Under the pieces are notes generated by a model. It ran no database searches and had not been told where the DNA came from. It was given only the letters and a program-made list of their open reading frames with translations. Made by a program: the position numbers and the translations under genes. Shown one piece after another: positions 1 to 5,255 of a DNA stretch of 5,255 bases; positions within the stretch are counted from its first letter, which is position 1; each line of letters begins with the position of its first letter. The stretch is from the NCBI GenBank assembly GCA_023515725.1, contig JALDTO010000255.1, positions 1 to 5,255 of the forward strand, read 5' to 3'. This stretch comes from Amoeboaphelidium protococcarum X5. Taxonomy: Eukaryota; Fungi; Aphelidiomycota.

Positions 1-74
1 AACTACTTCTTCAAGTGAAGTAGAAATAACAATAATTGGTTATTATTTATTTTCTACTTATTACGTTTTTAACA
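1..74 (+). repeat. LTR, 3' part (R/U5 side), probable end ...TTAACA at 74; reconstructed LTR about 120 bp
   Basis: TAACA (70-74) is the inverted complement of TGTTA (5180-5184), giving typical TG...CA termini. An alternative end at CA 102-103 cannot be excluded. Confidence 0.6.
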
Positions 75-85
75 TTTCTACTTCA
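75..85 (+). promoter_or_regulatory. Putative self-priming primer-binding site TTTCTACTTCA
   Basis: Directly follows the probable LTR end and is the perfect reverse complement of TGAAGTAGAAA (16-26) inside the LTR. No TGG-starting tRNA PBS lies between the LTR and the ATG. Confidence 0.5.
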
Positions 86-122
86 ATTTATCATATCATA
101 TCAGGTTCTATCAAAAGCTAAT

Positions 123-1140
123 ATGGACAGCAGCAAGGACGATGCGTATCATGGAACGATATTTTGCGGCCCTAATTTCACTGCCTGGCACAAGTCGTTA
201 CTCACTTAAGCCAGAGAGAAGAAGGTGGACGCGGTGCTGGGTAAGAAGGTGTACAAAGAGATCAAGAAGCTTGGCTCTGTTGAAGACTATTATGCAAATC
301 TCTTGTCTAATCTGGATAGCGCCAGCCAAACTCGCGTCGTCTCCGTCGGAACGGACGCGTCAGCCGTTAATCAGGCAGCTCCCGATAGTAGTGCATAGAG
401 AGGTGACGTTGGAAAGTAAGGTGGAGCTAGAAAGGATGTAGTCCCGTCCTCTGTACAGTCCGTATCTTCAGGTGGATCTTCAAGTCTGGATAAGCATAAG
501 GTGATTTCGGAAGTTTTGGGAATGAACAGCAAAGCTCTGGCAATTATCGAGAATTCCATCGAACCTCAGCTGAGATATATCATCATCAAGTGCAAGTACG
601 CGTATGAAGCAGTATAAGCAGTGGAGGCATATTGGAACGCTAAGTCTCCTAAGCACTCTGGCCTGCTTGCTGAACAATTGGAAAGTCTCACCTTCCAACA
701 GTTCAATCATTCAGTGAAACTTCTATTTGCGATGAGAACGATTGTTGAGGAGATGTAGAAGTGTGGAGATACTTCTATTTCGGAGTAAAAACTAGCCTAG
801 AAGTTCTTAGATAAGCTACCGTAGGGCCCAACGTATGGCGATATCCGCGCGTTGGACAACGTTTCCACTTACTTAAAGAAGCCTCTGACTACCGCGGATC
901 TGATGGACACTCTGACTAGTATTGAGCTATAGCGCCAGATACAAGCCTTACGTTAATCTGGTGGTGAGTCTACTGAATCTGTGTAAGCTAATGCAATGGT
1001 TAAGTAAGGAGCTTCGTTTAAAGGTAATCGCAAGCAGTAATTCTCTACAGGCGGGAGTAGTAGCAAGTACTGCACTAACTGCAAGAAAGCGAACCATACT
1101 GCTGAAGAATGCTACTGGCCTGGTGGAGGTGCTGAGCACA
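123..1140 (+). other. gag: Gag region (capsid plus nucleocapsid); zinc knuckle CTNCKKANHTAEEC at 1071-1112
   Basis: Perfect CX2CX4HX4C followed by YWPGGG. Upstream are copia Gag-like segments NSKALAIIENSI...AYEAV and FLDKLP. The C-terminal boundary is approximate. Confidence 0.85.
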
Positions 1141-4100
1141 AACGTCCTGCTCACTTAATACCTAGAGACAAAGATTAAAGTCATGGCATAAAGAAAGTCA
1201 AGTTCAGTGCTAATGTTGCTCAAAGTGCTGAAGACGCTAACTTTGTGTCTCTAGTGACTCACGTCATGACCCTCAATGCGGCTATTGACTCTACTGCTCT
1301 AGACAACCAGAATGTCTGGTTAAGTGATGGAGGTTGCAACAAATTTGTTACGTGTAGAAAAGACTGGTTGTACAATTACCAAGATTGTTCTGCTGTTTGC
1401 ACCACTATTGATAATAGCACTTTGGTTACCGTGGTAGGTAGAGGCAGCATATAGTTTGAAATGCGTAATGACCAAGGTAAACTAACCATTGCCACTGTTG
1501 AGGACGTCTTGTACTCTCCTAGCTTCTCCTTTAATTTATTCCCTGTTGGGCCGGTTGATGACAAGAAAATGTATGTGGTATTTGGGGAAGGCATGAAGAA
1601 AATCTACCAAAATGGAGAATGTATTGCAACTGGTTAGAAAATGAGTTCTGGACGTTTTGATGGATTGTATGTTATGGACATCAAGGTGATCTGGCCCAAG
1701 TCTCATCAATCCGAAGGCAGTGATCCGAAGCGTCACAAGTCTGATGATCAAAGTAAGAGCGAGGCAGATGTAGTCAGTCTGTCAGCAAGTATCAATGCTA
1801 AGACCATCCACGAACGTCTCGGACATCCTAGCAAGGGAATCGTGAAGAAAATGGTGTGACTAGATATGTTAGGATAAGTTAGCCATGACATCGACTTTGA
1901 TTAAATAGATCACTGTGATCCCTGTCTGCAAGCGAAAGCTACTCGCGCTCATTTTTCTAAACGGAAAGATTCTCGGTGGGACAAGAAAGAGATGCCTCTA
2001 CGGACACCTCGTGTTCTTTATATGCTTCATGCGGATCTCATCGGTCCCATTGGCATTCAAACACCTCAGAAGTAATCCTACATCTTGACTATAGTAGATG
2101 ACTACTCAGGCTATGCATGGGCGGAATTGTTGTACAGCAAAGATTAAGCATCCTCGGCCATTTAAGTGCTTAACGCTAGAATGAACGTGGAAACTGGTGA
2201 GAAGATCAACACTCTAAAATGCGACTAAGGTACTGAGTTTGTGAACTAAGATCTTAAAGGATTCTGTCGTGATTATGGAATCCTTTTAGATATGGTGCCT
2301 AGATATACACCTTAGTTGAACGGAGTAGCTGAAAGATATAATCGTCGGATTGTAGAAGGTGTATGCAGTATGTTACTATCCAGTGGGTTGCCCAGAAGAT
2401 ATTGGGGCCTTGCAGTGCAGGCTTATGTATATGTGGCGAATAGAGTTTTAACAAGTGCTCGTAATGCCGCCGGATAACTGTAAATAACACCGTACGAAGT
2501 ATACCATGGGAGCTAACCGCGCTACAATCATTTGAGAATTTGGGGCTGTCCCGTTACGTACTTCGTACCTAAAGAAGCAAGAGCTGATAAATTCAAATTC
2601 TCTAGTCGTACTGCTAAAGGTCATTTCATTGGGTATAGACCAAGCGGTTATCAGATTCTCACTGCTTAAAATTCATTACTCGATGTTCCTTTTGATGAAG
2701 TCGTCTTTCACGAGGTTGCACGTTAGACTTATGGTGCCTAGGAGTTTGACTTGATGTATGAATCGTTCTATCCTCCAGATCTCTCAGACACATAGTCGGA
2801 ATCTGGTTTGATGTTGGGCGAAAGCAGCACCTCTTGTGACTTGACATAGAATCCAGATTAATCCCGTTCTTCATTCGGCGAAAGCTCTGATAATATGCGC
2901 TCCACTTTGGGCGAAAGACATGTAGATTAGACCAATGTGCATGACAATGATTAACATACGCCAAATCCTCAGATGGAGGTGGGCGGAAGTGATGATGTTG
3001 ATGTTATGCCTACCGGTTTGGTAGATGATGTTTATGTGAACACTTAAAGTGATGTGTCTTAAGTGAATGTGTAAGTATCGGGCTCGAATGTGCCGTAAGA
3101 GAATGTGAATGTGAATGTTCAAGATCTTAATGTGAATGCGAATGATTAAGAGCCTAATGTGAATGTGAATGATTAAGAGCCTAATGTGAATGTGAGGGAT
3201 GATGCAGACGCGACGAATGTGTAAGCTATATAACAGAGATCTGCGTGTCTTAAAGTTGGTGGTAAGCGAATCAGTCGTCGCCTGCGTAATATCAGTGCAG
3301 AGTCTAATCCTTTAGAGCAAAGTGAAGAGCAAGAGGATGAGGAAGACGCTCTGGTGAATAAGAGACTCAAACGCCTGGTTGAAGAACTCAAAATCGACAT
3401 GAACACACGGGCTGATATCAAGGCACTCTCGTCTCAGGTGAAGATAAACGAACTAATTGATGACTTTGTTCAATGCTATCTCTCTAAGCTTGAGGTTGAA
3501 GAGATGCCGTATGATGTGACTTGTCTATTCAATGAAATCTATTGTGGCTCAGACATACCTGTGACTCCTAAGACCGTTGCAGAGGCTATGTTACTTAAAG
3601 AATGGCCGCAGTGGAAGGCTGCGATGGAGGATGAGTTGAGGAGTCTTCTTAAACATGGGACTTGGAAAAGGTCCATTCTGCCATAAGGCTTTAAAGCGCT
3701 CCCTTGCAAATGGGTTTTTAAGATCAAGCTTGATTCCAGTGGGTAGGTGGAGAGATTCAAGGCTCGATTAGTTATTTAAGGATTCCGTCAAGTGAAGGAT
3801 GTTGATTACACCGAGACATTTGCTCCGGTGGCTAAGTTTAACACGATTAGGATGGTAATTGCTATAGCTGCAAAGTATGATATGATAATCCATTAAATGG
3901 ATGTAAATACTGCGTTTTTAAACGGAATACTGAATGAGGAGATTTACATGAAAGGGCCTGTGGGTACCGAATTTGAAGGTCAGATACTGCGTCTACTGAG
4001 AAGTCTTTATGGGCTCAAATAAGCACCGAAATGCTGGAACAATACAATTCATTAGTTTCTTGTCGAGATTGGTTTCAAGAGAAGCCATGCCGACAATTGT

Positions 4101-5153
4101 CTTTACATCAGGCGCAAGCACGGTAGATTATTTATGATAGTGCTCTATGTCGATGATATTCTTTTAATTACTTAGCGCTAATCAGATATTGATGCCGTCA
4201 TAGCACAGCTGGCTCAGCGTTTTGACATGAAAGATTTAGGTCCTGCTGAGCATATTGTTGGGATTCGGATCAAGAGGTCAATGCCTTAGAAGATTATCTA
4301 ATTAGATCAACGCACTTACCTGGAACGTGTTCTTACTCGCTTTGAAGCGGACAACTGTGTTGGAGTCTCAACACCCATGAGTCTTTAGGCGATTAACGTT
4401 GATGTTGATGATGGTTTCTTGGATGTTTCTTATAGAGCGTTGATTGGTTCATTGATGTATCTTATGGTGGGTACGCGTCCCGACATTGCATTCGTTGTTG
4501 GTTACTTAAGTAAATATCTGTCGAATCCTAAGATGGAACACTACAGTATGGTCAGAAGGGTCCTGCGATACTTGGCTGGTAGTAAAGATCTTGTTTTGAT
4601 TTTCGATGGGAAGAAAGATCTGCTTCCCATTGCTTATGCCGATGCAGACTTTGCTAACGATTAAGAGGGAAGGCGGTCTACCACCGGCTATGTAATTCAA
4701 ATGTGTGGCGCTAGTATCTCTTGGAAGTCCAAGTTGTAAAGTGCAGTTGCGTTAAGTAGCACTGAAGCAGAGTACTATGCCGCTGCTGCTGTGTGTTAAG
4801 AGCTGTGCTGGTTTAGGGAGATTCTGAATGAAGTAGGGCTCGATATTGTGGTTGATGGGCTAAGGTTGTTAGCTGATGAAGAAACTGTTGATAGAGTGAA
4901 GGTTCATCCACTTAAAGTTATGGAAGACAACCAGAGTTGTATTGCCATTACAAAGAATCCGGAGAAGTTTAGCAGAACTAAGCATATCGAAGTTAAGTAT
5001 CATTTTGTCAGGGAGTTAACTGAAAGCGGCCGCGTTATGTTTGAATATGTGAATACGTAGGAGCAGACTGCTGATGTTCTAACCAAGCCGCTGACTCCTA
5101 CGCTATTCCGAAGACATGTTGCCAGATTGGGTCTAGATTAAAGTCGCTGTTGA
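123..5153 (+). CDS. gag-pol: Gag-Pol polyprotein, 1676 codons plus stop when TAA/TAG are read as Gln; one internal TGA at 1857-1859
   Basis: ATG at 123 (MDSSKDDAYHGTIFCGPNFTAW..., copia Gag N-terminal FxGxNF/YxxW pattern). Track ORFs 1245, 1641, 3354, 4419 and 4848 all lie in this frame. No frameshift was found. It ends ...ADVLTKPL...RHVARLGLDQSRC-TGA. Confidence 0.9.
1317..1560 (+). other. Aspartic protease domain (divergent active site)
   Basis: WLSDGGCNKFVT aligns to copia WxxDSGAxxHMT. It is followed by VVGRGSI and DVLYSPSFSFNLFPV (consensus G.G.V ... DVLYVP.L..NL.SV). Boundaries are approximate. Confidence 0.8.
1809..2715 (+). other. Integrase (HHCC zinc finger, DD35E core, C-terminal SH3-like region)
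   Basis: HERLGH (1809-1826) and CDPC (1914-1925). LHADLIGP (D2034), CDQGTEF (D2223) and YTPQLNGVAERYNR (E2331, exactly 35 residues between it and D2223). Then LPRRYWG, TPYE, HLRIWGC and FIGY. Confidence 0.92.
3102..3195 (+). repeat. In-frame 27-bp tandem repeat, about 3.5 copies, encoding NVNVNDQEP in the IN-RT linker
   Basis: Units at 3102, 3129 and 3156, with a partial unit at 3183. Consensus AATGTGAATGTGAATGATTAAGAGCCT, built from an AATGTG hexamer. Confidence 0.92.
3567..4600 (+). other. Reverse transcriptase (RVT_2, copia type) and connection region
   Basis: PKTVAEAM..WKAAMEDELRSL..GTW, CKWVFKIK, RFKARLVIQGFRQ, DYTETFAPV, HQMDVNTAFLNG, SLYGLKQAPKCW, LYVDDIL (YVDD 4146-4157), FDMKDLG, YRALIGSLMYL..TRPDI. 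Confidence 0.96.
4629..5135 (+). other. RNase H (Ty1/copia type)
   Basis: YADADFA, RRSTTGY, ISWKSKLQ, VALSSTEAEY, EDNQS, RTKHIEVKYHFVRE, QTADVLTKPL. The catalytic acidic residues are present. Confidence 0.94.
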
Positions 5154-5170
5154 GTTGCACGTATATCCTC

Positions 5171-5179
5171 AGGCGAAAG
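5171..5179 (+). promoter_or_regulatory. Polypurine tract (plus-strand primer), AGGCGAAAG
   Basis: 8 of 9 purines, abutting the TG start of the LTR. Confidence 0.75.
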
Positions 5180-5255
5180 TGTTAGGTTGTGACGAAACAC
5201 GTACAACGTCAGTGAAAAATGATCAAACTACTTCTTCAAGTGAAGTAGAAATAAC
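5180..5255 (+). repeat. LTR, 5' part (U3 side), begins TGTTAG directly after the PPT
   Basis: TG dinucleotide immediately after purine-rich AGGCGAAAG, 26 nt after the pol stop. The last 30 nt equal nt 1-30. Confidence 0.8.
5226..5255 (+). repeat. Exact 30-nt terminal direct repeat of nt 1-30
   Basis: AACTACTTCTTCAAGTGAAGTAGAAATAAC occurs at both ends of the window. Confidence 0.99.

Larger units (their letters stand above)
1..5255 (+). mobile_element. Ty1/copia (Pseudoviridae) LTR retrotransposon, essentially full length, window opened within the LTR
   Basis: Manual translation gives the domain order Gag(CCHC)-protease-integrase-RT-RNase H, with IN before RT as is diagnostic for copia. Copia-type motifs: KARLV, HQMDVxTAFLNG, SLYGLKQAP, YVDD, TRPDI, STEAEY, KHI, ADxLTK. 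PPT followed by a TG start near the 3' end, and a terminal repeat. Confidence 0.97.

Noticed and set aside
89-113. TATCA x3 (89-103) plus a fourth copy (109-113) in the leader
   Set aside because: A real but short AT-rich microrepeat with no supportable function.
102-115. CA|GGTTCTATC as a half-tRNA-iMet PBS (copia/Ty5-type GGTTATG.GCCC) with the LTR ending at 103
   Set aside because: Only GGTT matches, the complement does not resemble an anticodon arm, and this end gives only a 2-bp inverted terminus versus 5 bp at nt 74. It is kept only as a weaker alternative.
142-1158. Track ORFs 142-441 and 922-1158 (+) as separate genes
   Set aside because: They are out-of-frame overlaps of gag with no recognisable motifs.
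1113-1316. Programmed gag/pol frameshift
   Set aside because: Gag and protease are in the same frame, so no shift is required.
1857-1859. UGA as selenocysteine
   Set aside because: The position is not a zinc-ligand or redox Cys site, and I see no SECIS-like element in the very short 3' region.
3102-3195. CRISPR-like array
   Set aside because: The units are contiguous with no unique spacers, lie in frame within a eukaryotic retroelement ORF, and have no cas genes nearby.
371-4700. Minus-strand short ORFs, including the His/Ile-rich 2871-3122
   Set aside because: They are antisense shadows of gag-pol. The His/Ile richness is just the reverse complement of the AATGTG repeat.
123-5153. RIP-mutated or decayed pseudogene (CpA>TpA would turn CAA/CAG into TAA/TAG)
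   Set aside because: RIP would equally hit His codons (CAY>TAY) and, via the other strand, Trp, Cys and Met codons. The motif His, Cys and Trp codons (zinc knuckle, HHCC, RT and RNase H motifs) are intact, CpA and TpG remain abundant, and there are no frameshifts.

Overview
The whole window is one near-complete Ty1/copia LTR retrotransposon on the + strand (gag-PR-IN-RT-RNaseH), opened inside its LTR: nt 1-30 are identical to nt 5226-5255. The fragmented ORF track is an artefact of the standard code. From ATG 123 to TGA 5151-5153 there is one frame with no frameshifts and about 59 in-frame TAA/TAG codons (hand count). Several sit on near-invariant Gln positions, so the element is written in a UAR=Gln code (table-6 type). 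Three further features stand out. (1) The only internal TGA (1857) lies in the readthrough context TGA-CTAG. (2) There is no recognisable tRNA PBS, but the 11 nt after the probable LTR end are perfectly complementary to a segment of the LTR, which is Tf1-like self-priming geometry. (3) The atypical PPT GGCGAAAG is repeated three times near the element centre.
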